A stretch of 64,000 nucleotides of DNA from a virus: positions 15,135-79,134 of the IMG/VR virus record IMGVR_UViG_3300045988_095776. One strand, given 5' to 3'. The stretch's first letter is position 1. Every line of letters begins with the position of its first letter. Below, in pieces: positions 29,579 to 38,965 of this stretch. The translations under genes and the position numbers were made by a program. The notes beneath the pieces were generated by a model. The model worked only from the letters and a program-made list of their open reading frames with translations. It did no database searches and was not told where the DNA came from.

Positions 29579-30199
29579 ATGAGTTATAGCAGTTTATATG
29601 GAATTGATAAGGATTACAAAGGAGAGGTTATAGAATAGTTCGGAAATTCATGGCTGTTTGCACCTATTGTGTGGGATGTCTTGACAGAAAAATATATCCC
29701 GCCAAGTAAATTAATAAGTCATGGATTTAAGAGAAATATCATTCATGATACTTCTCTTTGGAACGAAGTAAACAATGAAATTAACAATTGTGACAATGCG
29801 GTAGACAGGATTTGCTGGGAATTTTCTGGACAACAGGTTTTCTTCACAAAAGATAAGAGCTGTGTGGCAAATGCAATAAGAGACTTTATTAAGCAAAATA
29901 ATAATTATTGCAGAGACACCGAAGATAATATCCCGGTGCTGGAAAGAGAGCACATCATTGAAAGATTCGAAAAGATTGCTAGTGAAATAGAACTGTTATC
30001 GGAAGATACACCGTATTTTGTAATGAAGAACACTTCTGTTGATGACAGCGTAGAAAGATGGTTTGAAAAATACGATGATAAGCAAGATGAATATATAGAA
30101 ACTGGTCTTAATCAGGTTGATGAATTTGTTACAGAATTTGTTGTGATCGAAGATGGGAAAATTGTGAATTTCATAAGCAATTTGGATTTTGAGTATTGA
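29579..30199 (+). pseudogene. hypothetical gene with an in-frame TAG at codon 20 (nonsense or read-through)
   Basis: ATG 29579 with a GAGAGG RBS; TAG at 29636-29638. The same frame continues to 30199. The track start GTG 29669 has no SD. Confidence 0.5.
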
Positions 30200-30214
30200 A
30201 AGTGAGGTGGCGAA

Positions 30215-30952
30215 ATGTTCATGAGAGTGATAAACACAGGCAGTCAACTCGGAAACTGCTATACGCTCAAGACCGAATCCGGCGAAATCTTGCTTTTGGA
30301 TTGTGGATGCAAGTATTCAGAGATTTTAAAAGGAATCTCTTACAGAATATCGGATGTTTCTGGCTGTCTGCTGACCCATGGACATGGGGATCACCTGAAA
30401 TCGTTCCAGAATCTTATGCAGTCCGGTATTCAGATTTACACCAATGACGAGACAGTTGAGAGTGTAAACACAATCTCTGGCGAGCTGATGATCGGCTTAC
30501 CAGAAAAGAAATCGAAGGACATAGGTTCATTTCGGGTAACGCCTTTCTACGTCCCACACGACAAGACACCAAACTTTGCATACCTGATATCTCACGAAGA
30601 ATGTGGACGACTGATATATGCGACAGACTTCTCATATTTGCCGTTCACATTCAAGAACATGAGAATAAATCACTTCCTTATAGAATGTAATCATCTTGAC
30701 GAATCGCCGGAGCAGGATTCATTTAAATTTGAACACTCCATCCGGGGGCACAGCAGCTTATCTACTGTAAAAGAGATTATCCGAGTGAACAATACCGCTT
30801 CGCTCAGGACTATAACGCTGTGCCACCTGTCAGAGGGATGGGGGAACCCGGAAGTGATGCAGAAAGAGATACAGGACGTTGTCGGAGATGATGTTCTGGT
30901 GCAGATCGCAAGACCGGGACTGGATGTTGATTTGAATTTATGTCCGTTTTGA
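30215..30952 (+). CDS. MBL-fold metallo-hydrolase
   Basis: Motif LLTHGHGDHLKS. Confidence 0.8.
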   Translation: MFMRVINTGSQLGNCYTLKTESGEILLLDCGCKYSEILKGISYRISDVSGCLLTHGHGDHLKSFQNLMQSGIQIYTNDETVESVNTISGELMIGLPEKKSKDIGSFRVTPFYVPHDKTPNFAYLISHEECGRLIYATDFSYLPFTFKNMRINHFLIECNHLDESPEQDSFKFEHSIRGHSSLSTVKEIIRVNNTASLRTITLCHLSEGWGNPEVMQKEIQDVVGDDVLVQIARPGLDVDLNLCPF

Positions 30953-30964
30953 AAGGAGAAAGAT

Positions 30965-31675
30965 ATGCCAAATCATGTAAGAAACATAATCAAAATGGAA
31001 GGAATAGAGAAACTTTCACTTATCAAAGTAAATGATGAGGGAGAAAAGTTCTTTGACTTTAATGAACTTATTCCGATGCCAGAAAGTTTAAATATGAAAT
31101 CTGGAACGATTGAAGAAATAGCGATTGAAGCAGCAATTAGAAAACTCGCCAAGAGAAGATACGATTTTCAAAGACCGTACGCAACGCCGGCAATGACCGA
31201 TAAAAAATATTGGGAAAGAGTTTCAAACTGCAGAGAAAGTCAAGACGAGTTAATAGAACTGGGGTTGCAATATATAACAAACAAAATTAAATACGGAGCA
31301 ACTACATGGTATGACTGGAATGTTGAAAACTGGGGCACAAAATGGAATTCATATGATAATGAAATCGAAAAGAATTGTGTGAAATTCAGTACAGCATGGT
31401 CAGACCCAACGCCTATAATTAGAAAACTTTCAGAAAAATATCCAGACGTAAAAGTTGAGCACTGGTGGGCTGATGAAGACATGGGGAATAATACGGGACA
31501 CAGAATTTTGATTGCAGGAAAAGAAATACAAAATGTGTCTGCCGAATACGCAAACGAATCACAGGATGCCTACGAATGTTATGTATTCTGCTGGGGAGAA
31601 TCCAAGTGTCTTCATAAAGATGAGAGTGGTAATTGGGTACGCAATGAATGCGAAGAATGCGACGGGTGTGATTAA
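30965..31675 (+). CDS. DUF1281 / Api92-like ferredoxin-fold protein
   Basis: N-terminus MPNHVRNIIKMEG and a later WGTKWNSYD resemble that family, from memory. Confidence 0.45.
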   Translation: MPNHVRNIIKMEGIEKLSLIKVNDEGEKFFDFNELIPMPESLNMKSGTIEEIAIEAAIRKLAKRRYDFQRPYATPAMTDKKYWERVSNCRESQDELIELGLQYITNKIKYGATTWYDWNVENWGTKWNSYDNEIEKNCVKFSTAWSDPTPIIRKLSEKYPDVKVEHWWADEDMGNNTGHRILIAGKEIQNVSAEYANESQDAYECYVFCWGESKCLHKDESGNWVRNECEECDGCD

Positions 31676-31689
31676 TAAAAAAGCACCGA

Positions 31690-31842
31690 CTATTTATCGG
31701 CACTTTTTACAAAATCTTGGAGAACAGTAATGACCAGATTATTAAAACTCCTGTTCTCCTGCTTGGCAATTTGCTCAAGTTGTTCTTTAAGCTGTATCGG
31801 GAACGTGATGTTAGTTCTGGTCTTATCAGACTTGACGGTCAT
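31690..31842 (-). CDS. ribbon-helix-helix (CopG/Arc-like) DNA-binding protein, 50 aa
   Basis: MTVKSDKTRTNITFPIQLKEQLEQIAKQENRSFNNLVITVLQDFV. Strong RBS GGAGGGA. Not in the ORF track because it is under 60 aa. Confidence 0.65.
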   Translation of the reverse strand: MTVKSDKTRTNITFPIQLKEQLEQIAKQENRSFNNLVITVLQDFVKSADK

Positions 31843-31900
31843 GTGAAATCCCTCCCTTGTTTTTAGAACATTGTAGCATTTTTGCCTGTCGGTGTCAATT

Positions 31901-31967
31901 AGGTATCAAAGTGGTATCATTTTTATCTTGCAATATAGGTATCAAAATGGTATCATAATGGTATCAG
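31901..31967. repeat. GGTATCA iterons (five copies; two 20-nt direct repeats)
   Basis: AGGTATCAAAGTGGTATCAT at 31901-31920 and AGGTATCAAAATGGTATCAT at 31937-31956, plus AATGGTATCAG at 31957-31967. Confidence 0.8.
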
Positions 31968-31980
31968 AGATACACCGAGA

Positions 31981-32598
31981 ATGAATCGAGGTGATAAGTT
32001 TTTGAATAGTAACTATAAAAATTTTGTAAAAGCCAAGGCGATTGAAACTGAGAACCGTAAGAGATGGCTGAAAGTCGACCCGCATCTGAACGACAATCCT
32101 GGAATCTACATTTTGACAAGAATTGATGAAGATGGTTTTAAGTTTGGGTATGCAGGCCAGGCAAAGAAACTAATTACCAGATTATGTCAACATAGTGCAG
32201 GGCATCAACAACACATTGATCTTAGCTTGAAAAAACATGGATTATATTCAGAAAAAAATCCATATGGTTGGCGTGTAGTACATACTAATTGTCCAGAATC
32301 AGAACTTGACGAAAAGGAACAGTATTATATCAGATGGCTTGCAGATCAAGGGTATCAACTTAGAAACAAGACTGGTGGTTCTCAGGGAGCAGGCAAGAAA
32401 CAGATTGATGAGTACAGACCGGCAAAAGGTTATTATGATGGTTTAAATCAGGGAAAGAAATCACTCGCCAGAGAACTGTCGCACATCATAGATACACACT
32501 TGCAAGTTTCACTGAAACCAGAAAAGCAGAGCAATAAAGTATCAATCCGGGCTTTTGAAAAGTTTCAGAACTTGATTGATGAGAAAACATACGAATAA
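31981..32598 (+). CDS. GIY-YIG family nuclease (free-standing homing-endonuclease-like)
   Basis: GIYILTR...FGYAGQAKKLITRLCQH...EQYYIRWLADQGYQLRNKTGG. Confidence 0.7.
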   Translation: MNRGDKFLNSNYKNFVKAKAIETENRKRWLKVDPHLNDNPGIYILTRIDEDGFKFGYAGQAKKLITRLCQHSAGHQQHIDLSLKKHGLYSEKNPYGWRVVHTNCPESELDEKEQYYIRWLADQGYQLRNKTGGSQGAGKKQIDEYRPAKGYYDGLNQGKKSLARELSHIIDTHLQVSLKPEKQSNKVSIRAFEKFQNLIDEKTYE

Positions 32599-32655
32599 AA
32601 AATGAAAGGAGCTTGCCTTCATGTGACGTAAGGGTGCACCGGGCTTCTTTGAAAT

Positions 32656-33489
32656 ATGAAATTAAAATGTGAAATATACAGAGACTCAATGCAAAATTAC
32701 AAGAAATATGCAATTCCAAGAGCACAGCTTGTTATAGCTGATGTTCCGTATAATGTAGCGAATAATTTTTACGGGAGCAACCCTATGTGGTATGTAGGTG
32801 GGGATAATAAAAATGGCGAAAGTAAACTAGCAGGAAAAGCTGCCTTTAATTCAGATTTTAATTTTAACTTATATGAATACTTTCACTTTTGTTCAAGAAT
32901 GTTAAAAAAAGAAGATACAACACCTGTGCCAAGAGGAAGAAGTAGCAATTCTCCATGCATGATTGTATTTTGCTCGTTTGAACAAACACAAACATTGATT
33001 AAAGCTGCTGAAAAACATGGTTTTGTACATTATATCCCACTTGTTTTCATAAAAAATTACAGCCCTCAAGTATTAAAAGCGAATATGCGTGTAGTTGGAG
33101 CTACGGAGTACGCTTTATTGTTTTATAGAGACAGGCTTCCTAAGTTTAGGAACGGCGTTCAGACTGATGAAAACGGAAAAACAATCAGAGGTACAGGACA
33201 CATGGTTTTTAATTGGTTTGAATGGGAGAAAGATGGAAAAGATATTCCTAAAATTCATCCGGCACAAAAGCCGGTCAAACTTTTAAAAAGATTGATTGAA
33301 ACGTTTACTGATCCCGGAGATGTAGTAATAGACCCATGTTGCGGAAGCGGGACAACGTTAAGAGCTGCACACGAAATAGGAAGAAATGCTTTCGGCTTTG
33401 AAATTGATAGAAATTTCTTTAAGAGGGCAAAAGAAGAAATGCTTGTTTTTGAGGAAAACAGTCAGATAAGCATAGAAGATTTTTTATAA
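32656..33489 (+). CDS. DNA methyltransferase (N6-A/N4-C, beta class)
   Basis: Catalytic IADVPYNV near the N-terminus and the SAM motif VIDPCCGSGTTLRAA near the C-terminus. Confidence 0.8.
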   Translation: MKLKCEIYRDSMQNYKKYAIPRAQLVIADVPYNVANNFYGSNPMWYVGGDNKNGESKLAGKAAFNSDFNFNLYEYFHFCSRMLKKEDTTPVPRGRSSNSPCMIVFCSFEQTQTLIKAAEKHGFVHYIPLVFIKNYSPQVLKANMRVVGATEYALLFYRDRLPKFRNGVQTDENGKTIRGTGHMVFNWFEWEKDGKDIPKIHPAQKPVKLLKRLIETFTDPGDVVIDPCCGSGTTLRAAHEIGRNAFGFEIDRNFFKRAKEEMLVFEENSQISIEDFL

Positions 33490-33503
33490 AGGAATCGTGA
33501 AAT

Positions 33504-33761
33504 ATGGATAATTTTAAACACCAAAAACATATGGAATGGAAGCAGAACCGACGGGATATTTATTATTTTATTTTAAAATACTCAAAATCGCATAAAGACA
33601 CACCTTCGACAAGAATTATATCTGATGAACTGGAAATTAGCATGACAGCCGTTCAAAGGCATCTAAGGCAGTTCGAGGACGATGGATTGATCGTATTTCA
33701 CGGAACTGGTTCGCACAGGACATACGAACTGATAGGAGTAAAGAAAAATGAAACTGTATGA
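33504..33761 (+). CDS. winged-helix DNA-binding protein
   Basis: RIISDELEISMTAVQRHLRQFEDDGLIV. Confidence 0.5.
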   Translation: MDNFKHQKHMEWKQNRRDIYYFILKYSKSHKDTPSTRIISDELEISMTAVQRHLRQFEDDGLIVFHGTGSHRTYELIGVKKNETV

Positions 33762-34005
33762 TGTATATGACGGAATGAAGTATATTGGAGAAATGACCAT
33801 TGATCAGATTTCAGAGCTGACGGGAAAAACAAGGAGCCAGGTATCAAGGGCGATTTGTTCGGCCTGCCTGCTCGATGAAAGATATGCAATTGTGTATGAT
33901 GGGCGGGACACAATCTGCAAAACAAATAAAAACGATATGAGAATGCTGATGGAGTTTGATGCTCTGACAGGCAACATAAGGAGGGCTGTTGGATGGGAAA
34001 GTTGA
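33748..34005 (+). CDS. hypothetical HTH-like protein
   Basis: MTIDQISELTGKTRSQVSRAI. Confidence 0.45.
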   Translation: MKLYDVYDGMKYIGEMTIDQISELTGKTRSQVSRAICSACLLDERYAIVYDGRDTICKTNKNDMRMLMEFDALTGNIRRAVGWES

Positions 34006-34373
34006 AAATCAAACAAAAAAAGAAAGCATTCATTCCGTACACGAATCAGCAGGCTCATATGTTTGCACAGTCTATCCAGAACTGCCAGAAAGAGTTAAAA
34101 GAGATGGAGCTGAAAGCCTTTGATGATGGGTTCGAGGATGGAAAGAACTGGTCTGACGTGCTGAATTTTGTGATTTTGTTTTATGTAATGCACGAATTGC
34201 ATGGATGGGGATGGAAACGCTACATGAAGTCTGTAAAAAGAATTAATAACTACATCAATGATATTAATTCTGGAAAAACATCATTGTCTGAAATGGTTGA
34301 TGATTTGGAAAAGAAGCATCACATTCGGATTTGTGATGATTATAAGGAGTTAATTAAGAGATATGGAGTGTAA
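33993..34373 (+). CDS. hypothetical protein
   Basis: 126-aa coupled ORF. Confidence 0.45.
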   Translation: MGKLKIKQKKKAFIPYTNQQAHMFAQSIQNCQKELKEMELKAFDDGFEDGKNWSDVLNFVILFYVMHELHGWGWKRYMKSVKRINNYINDINSGKTSLSEMVDDLEKKHHIRICDDYKELIKRYGV

Positions 34374-34434
34374 AGCTGCACCGGTGATTTATTTGCAGAA
34401 TAAAGGACAAGTAGCGTTTGGATAGGAGAAATAA

Positions 34435-35315
34435 ATGGATTTAGAGCAAAAAGCAATTGAGAGAATTCGACTTGCATCTGATCTCTCGTTGAAACATTAT
34501 GGAAAGCCACTTGTGTGCACATATTCCGGTGGGAAAGATTCTGACGTGATGTTAGAACTCTTTCGTAGGGCGGGCATACCATTTGAGGCACACAATAGTC
34601 ACCCACGGCAGATGCACCGCAAACTGTGCGGCACATACGAAATGTATTTAAAAGTTTGGAAGAAAAAGGAATTAAATGTGAAATAGAAATGCCGAAGTAT
34701 AAAGGTGAACATATCACGATGTGGAAATTGATTCCATTAAAATTGATGCCACCAACAAGACAAGTTCGCTACTGCTGTCAAGTTCTTAAAGAAACAGGGT
34801 GCACAAATAGATATATTGGTACTGGTATAAGATGGGCTGAAAGCAGGCAGAGAAAAGAAAGAGAAGAATTTGAAAAAATTGGTGCGACAAAGGCAGCTAA
34901 AGAAAAATTCACATCAGTTATGCTAATGAACGACAATGACGCCAATCGCAGAATGAATGAGCTTTGTATGCAGAAAAACAAAATGGTTGTCAATCCAATC
35001 ATTGACTGGAAAGATTCTGATATATGGGAATTTATCAATTCGGAGCATATAGAAACTTGTGAGTTGTACCAATGTGGATATGATCGTGTTGGCTGTATCG
35101 GCTGTCCTATGGCCGGGAAAAAGAGATATAAAGAATTTGCAGATTTTCCTAAGTACAAACAGTCTTATATTAGAGCTTTTGAAAGAATGTTAGATGCTCG
35201 AAAAGAAAAAGAATTAGAAACTCAATGGGAGACCGGAGAGGATGTATTTAGGTGGTGGATGAACGACGACAATTTAGATGGTCAGATGGAATTATCTGAT
35301 TTTATTGAGTATTAA
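34435..35315 (+). pseudogene. PAPS reductase-family protein interrupted by a -1 frameshift near 34601-34606
   Basis: The N-terminal part (CTYSGGKDSDVMLE...EAHNSH) is in one frame. The continuation (TADAPQTVRHIRNVF...CQVLKE...GCIGCPMAGKK) is in the -1 frame. The shift is at CAC CCA CGG. Confidence 0.7.
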
Positions 35316-35376
35316 AATCATGGAGAACTGCACAATAGCGTGTCAGTTGCTTACATGGGGAAAGTGAGGATGGGAA

Positions 35377-35562
35377 ATGGATTATAAACACTGTAGATGT
35401 GAATGCGGTGGAATTATAGGACAATACAGTAAAGCGAAAGGATTTACCTGTGAAAAATGCAATAAAGAGTATCAATTATCAGAGCTAAATTTTGATTGGA
35501 TTGCATTGAACGAAAAGACCGGATGGCTATTTCCGATGTTGGAAAAGGAGGACACAAAATGA
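35377..35562 (+). CDS. small Zn-ribbon protein
   Basis: CRCECGG...CEKCNK. Confidence 0.45.
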   Translation: MDYKHCRCECGGIIGQYSKAKGFTCEKCNKEYQLSELNFDWIALNEKTGWLFPMLEKEDTK

Positions 35563-35897
35563 AATTATATTTCTACATTTTGTACAGTGACAGAAAAACA
35601 AAAAAATGGAATCTTCGCCTTGAAGAATGTAAAGTAATAGAAAAACCGAAGACATACAAACCAGTAACTAAATTCCCTGATGGAGTCTACGCTTCGTTTA
35701 TAAAAAAAGAATCAATAGGCAATTTCATTAGTGAATACAGCAAAGTGGTTGTACTATATGCACCTAATTATGAAAAAGCAAAGGAAGTATTTTTAAAAAA
35801 ATACGATAATGAATTAAACACGCTAAGAGAAAGAATTGATTTCTATGAGCAACTTAAATCTGCGATCGAAGATTACAAGGAGGACGCAAAATGTTAA
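35559..35897 (+). CDS. hypothetical protein
   Basis: ATG 35559 after AAGGAGG; preferred over the track start 35496. Confidence 0.5.
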   Translation: MKLYFYILYSDRKTKKWNLRLEECKVIEKPKTYKPVTKFPDGVYASFIKKESIGNFISEYSKVVVLYAPNYEKAKEVFLKKYDNELNTLRERIDFYEQLKSAIEDYKEDAKC

Positions 35898-36250
35898 TCA
35901 GAAGTCAGGATAAAACAGCACTGGTAAAGTTTGAAAACATTGTAGTAAATCTAAAACTTCCAGATTCATTAACCATTATATGTTGGAGTCTTCAGGATGC
36001 ACAGAGAAATGGAGGATATCTTATTTTAGGAAAATATTCCACCAAAGAAAAATCCATGAAAGTATTGGATATGATTCAGGAAGCCTATGCAGATGCAAAA
36101 TTAAATAAAATTCTTCTTCCTGATGTCTGCAAATCGGCTAGTGAATCTCAGATGGGAAAAGATAATACATTAATTGCAAAAACTATTAGAAAAGATTTTA
36201 TGAAAAAAATGATATTCCAGATGCCAGAAGATTCGGAGGTGGTAGTATGA
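35891..36250 (+). CDS. hypothetical protein (paralog of 29225..29566)
   Basis: Shared motifs with the earlier ORF. Confidence 0.5.
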   Translation: MLIRSQDKTALVKFENIVVNLKLPDSLTIICWSLQDAQRNGGYLILGKYSTKEKSMKVLDMIQEAYADAKLNKILLPDVCKSASESQMGKDNTLIAKTIRKDFMKKMIFQMPEDSEVVV

Positions 36251-36546
36251 AGTACAGAAAGAAGCCGGTTGTAATTGATGCATTCAAGTATGAGGGGGAT
36301 TTGAAAAATTCAGACGGCGGATATTGCGTTCCTGATTGGGCGGTGGCAGCATTTGAATCAGGAGTTATGCATCATTATTCGCCATATAAATATCCTGATG
36401 ATACGACTCTTGAGCTGTTTATTGATACGCTGGAAGGAACATATCATGTATCTGTAGGCGATTATATTATCAAAGGAGTCAATGGCGAGCTTTATCCCTG
36501 CAAGCCAGATATATTCAGAGAAACTTATGAGGAGGTGGAAGTATGA
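36247..36546 (+). CDS. hypothetical protein
   Basis: 99 aa, coupled. MKYRKKPVVIDAF...GDYIIKG. Confidence 0.5.
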   Translation: MKYRKKPVVIDAFKYEGDLKNSDGGYCVPDWAVAAFESGVMHHYSPYKYPDDTTLELFIDTLEGTYHVSVGDYIIKGVNGELYPCKPDIFRETYEEVEV

Positions 36547-37109
36547 AAAGATCTGAAACAACAAAATTTCTTAGTCAATTGCTGGAAAAAAGCTGTTTTT
36601 CTGGCCCAGGTAAATACTGGGCTAGAGAAGTAAGCCTTGATTATGACTACGCAGCAGGAAAGCCAAGAAGAGTAAATTACATGCAGTTTATTCCGGAAAA
36701 CCAGTGTTCTATCTCATCAATCGAAAAAGGAATATTTACATGCTATGAAATCAAAAGCTGCAAAGAGGATATTTACAGCGGAAATGGATTAAATTTTATT
36801 GGCGAAAAAAACTATCTTGTAACAACAATGGAGTGCTACAAAGAGATTTTACCTGATTTAAAAAATGGAAAATTTGCCCAACACATACGTGAGAATTTTC
36901 CAGAATGTTACGCGGAAATAGGTAACATGGGAGTAATGGTTGCAGTTCCGTATCAGAGAGATGTTGCCGAAGAATTTGAAAACCCAACACCACTAGATGG
37001 AGATGTGGAAAAATGGAGATTATCAGTTATTTTGAAGTGTGGACACAATGGGTCAAGAAAAAGATCCATGACAGAACTGTTGTTTCACATGGTAAGAAGC
37101 TGGAATTGA
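36543..37109 (+). CDS. hypothetical protein, possible PD-(D/E)xK-like nuclease
   Basis: CYEIKSCKEDI resembles an E-x-K motif. The inference is weak. Confidence 0.35.
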   Translation: MKRSETTKFLSQLLEKSCFSGPGKYWAREVSLDYDYAAGKPRRVNYMQFIPENQCSISSIEKGIFTCYEIKSCKEDIYSGNGLNFIGEKNYLVTTMECYKEILPDLKNGKFAQHIRENFPECYAEIGNMGVMVAVPYQRDVAEEFENPTPLDGDVEKWRLSVILKCGHNGSRKRSMTELLFHMVRSWN

Positions 37110-37125
37110 GAAAGGATGGAATAAT

Positions 37126-37449
37126 ATGAGCCATATCAAAGACAGATTATCGGATTATCATGATTTCATGAAGAAGCTTGTGGATGACCACCAGATGCTT
37201 TTGGCAAGCGATGTTCTGGAAATGATAGAACAGCTTAAGGATGATCTAGAACAGGATGAGAAAGAAAACGGATGGATTCCTGTCAGTGAGAGATTACCGG
37301 AAGATGGTGAGACGGTTCTTGTATCATGCAAGACCAGCAGAGGAACGACATTTGTTCGCACTGGGTATTGTATAAACGGTTCATGGCATTTAAACTGCTA
37401 TGGCGTCACGGCATGGCAGCCTCTTCCGAAACCATACAAGGAGGATTAA
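37126..37449 (+). CDS. DUF551-like protein
   Basis: GWIPVSERLPEDGETVLV. Confidence 0.6.
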   Translation: MSHIKDRLSDYHDFMKKLVDDHQMLLASDVLEMIEQLKDDLEQDEKENGWIPVSERLPEDGETVLVSCKTSRGTTFVRTGYCINGSWHLNCYGVTAWQPLPKPYKED

Positions 37450-37451
37450 AC

Positions 37452-37640
37452 ATGGAAATGTCAATTTTCAAAAAGGGCGGGAAGACCTACACCAGATTCA
37501 AGGTCGCGCTAAAAGAGTTTAAATCTTGGCAGGCTTTACTCGAAATAAAGTATTGTATTGATACATCAAATCCGGCCAAGAAAAACAGTAGATACATTTA
37601 CTTCGAGAAAGAGGGAGACTGGATTAATGGGATATTGTAA
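37452..37640 (+). CDS. hypothetical protein (62 aa)
   Basis: ATG 37452 after AAGGAGG. Confidence 0.45.
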   Translation: MEMSIFKKGGKTYTRFKVALKEFKSWQALLEIKYCIDTSNPAKKNSRYIYFEKEGDWINGIL

Positions 37641-37770
37641 ATTATACTGCCCGGATAGTGAAACAGAGTGCTACATCTGCTGTACTAAGCAGGATTCCTG
37701 CCAGTGCAGATGTGATGATATGGACAGTTATGAATATGCGGAGGAGTGTGAAGATTATGAGACTGATTGA
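37627..37770 (+). CDS. small Cys-rich acidic protein (47 aa)
   Basis: MGYCKLYCPDSETECYICCTKQDSCQCRCDD. Confidence 0.35.
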   Translation: MGYCKLYCPDSETECYICCTKQDSCQCRCDDMDSYEYAEECEDYETD

Positions 37771-37993
37771 TGCGAATGCAATGAATGAAGAGTTATTTTA
37801 CAAGCAAGTTGGAGGAAAAGACAGTTTAATTACGGCAGAAAGTGCGTTTAAAATGATTGACGCGCAGCCGACCGCCTATGATGTGGAAGCAGTTGTGGAG
37901 CAGTTGGACACATACATAACAAAACTGGTTGGAAGAAATGCTGCACTATATCAGACGGTTATGCAAATCGTGAAAGGCGGTGGAATTGAATGA
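37757..37993 (+). CDS. hypothetical protein, RLIDA-type (paralog pair)
   Basis: MRLIDANAM...QPTAYDVEAVVEQL...IVKGGG. Confidence 0.5.
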   Translation: MRLIDANAMNEELFYKQVGGKDSLITAESAFKMIDAQPTAYDVEAVVEQLDTYITKLVGRNAALYQTVMQIVKGGGIE

Positions 37994-38283
37994 GTAGATT
38001 AATTGACGCTGATAAATTAATTCAAGAAATGAGCGAATGGTATTGGGATAAAGAAAAGCAGAAAGCTGCGGAAAATGATGTTTCTCCGATGGATTTATTT
38101 ACACATCTTGCAATTACAACTGTTCAAGAACAGCCGACAGTTTTTGATGTGGACAAGGTTGTGGAGCAGTTGAAAACAAAAAAGACAAGAACTGCTGCAT
38201 TACAGAAAGCATCGGAGTATTTCGAGGGTGAAACTGATGCGTTTGAAGTTGCAATCAAAATCGTGAAGGATGGGGAGAGTTGA
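37990..38283 (+). CDS. hypothetical protein, RLIDA-type (paralog pair)
   Basis: MSRLIDADKL...QPTVFDVDKVVEQL...IVKDGE. Confidence 0.5.
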   Translation: MSRLIDADKLIQEMSEWYWDKEKQKAAENDVSPMDLFTHLAITTVQEQPTVFDVDKVVEQLKTKKTRTAALQKASEYFEGETDAFEVAIKIVKDGES

Positions 38284-38526
38284 ATGAGCAGTGCAAGTAC
38301 AATATTCGGAACAAAAGCGTATGTATGCGCAAGATATTTTCTTAGACCGGGAAAGTGCTTCAAATATATCGACCAGCGTGGCGACGATGTTACAGAACAC
38401 GTCTACGAGGTCATAGCATTATATCCTTATTGCGTATTGTTAAGAGATACCAGAAACGGAGTCAGAACTTGTCCGGGATATAACACGCTGAGTCTGATGT
38501 TGAGAGGAAGTGAAACGTATGAGTAA
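38284..38526 (+). CDS. hypothetical protein
   Basis: 80 aa. Confidence 0.4.
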   Translation: MSSASTIFGTKAYVCARYFLRPGKCFKYIDQRGDDVTEHVYEVIALYPYCVLLRDTRNGVRTCPGYNTLSLMLRGSETYE

Positions 38527-38767
38527 ATCAGTATTAGTGATTGATACACCAAAATATTGTGCTTTATGCGTTTTACGCAGTGGAGTGCTTCACCCGTTCT
38601 GTAGAGTAAACAATAGAGATATTACAGATTTGAGTATTAGACCTGATTGATGTCCGCTGAAGCCATTGCCAGAGAAAAACACTATCGAGAATGATATGAC
38701 GGATTACCAGTGTGGGATGGTCGATGGGCGAAACCAGTGCATTGATGAGATTGCAGGAAGAGAATGA
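38519..38767 (+). pseudogene. small Cys-rich protein gene with an in-frame TGA at 38648-38650
   Basis: Reads ...DLSIRPD[TGA]CPLKPLPEK...NQCIDEIAGRE in one frame. Confidence 0.45.
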
Positions 38768-38770
38768 TGC

Positions 38771-38965
38771 ATGGTGATGAATATAAACGAAACTGTAAAA
38801 AAGTGTAATGTTTGTGGCAAATGGAAAACCACAGCATATGAACCGGATTATCCGATACTTAATGATAGCTGTTTTAGGTATCCGAAAGCAATTTTTGTTT
38901 GCGAAGAATGCGCGAAAAAGCGCGAAGAAAAGAATATATTTTTGCGAGGTGAAGTAGATGATTAA
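38771..38965 (+). CDS. small Zn-ribbon protein
   Basis: CNVCGK...CEECAKK. Confidence 0.4.
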   Translation: MVMNINETVKKCNVCGKWKTTAYEPDYPILNDSCFRYPKAIFVCEECAKKREEKNIFLRGEVDD

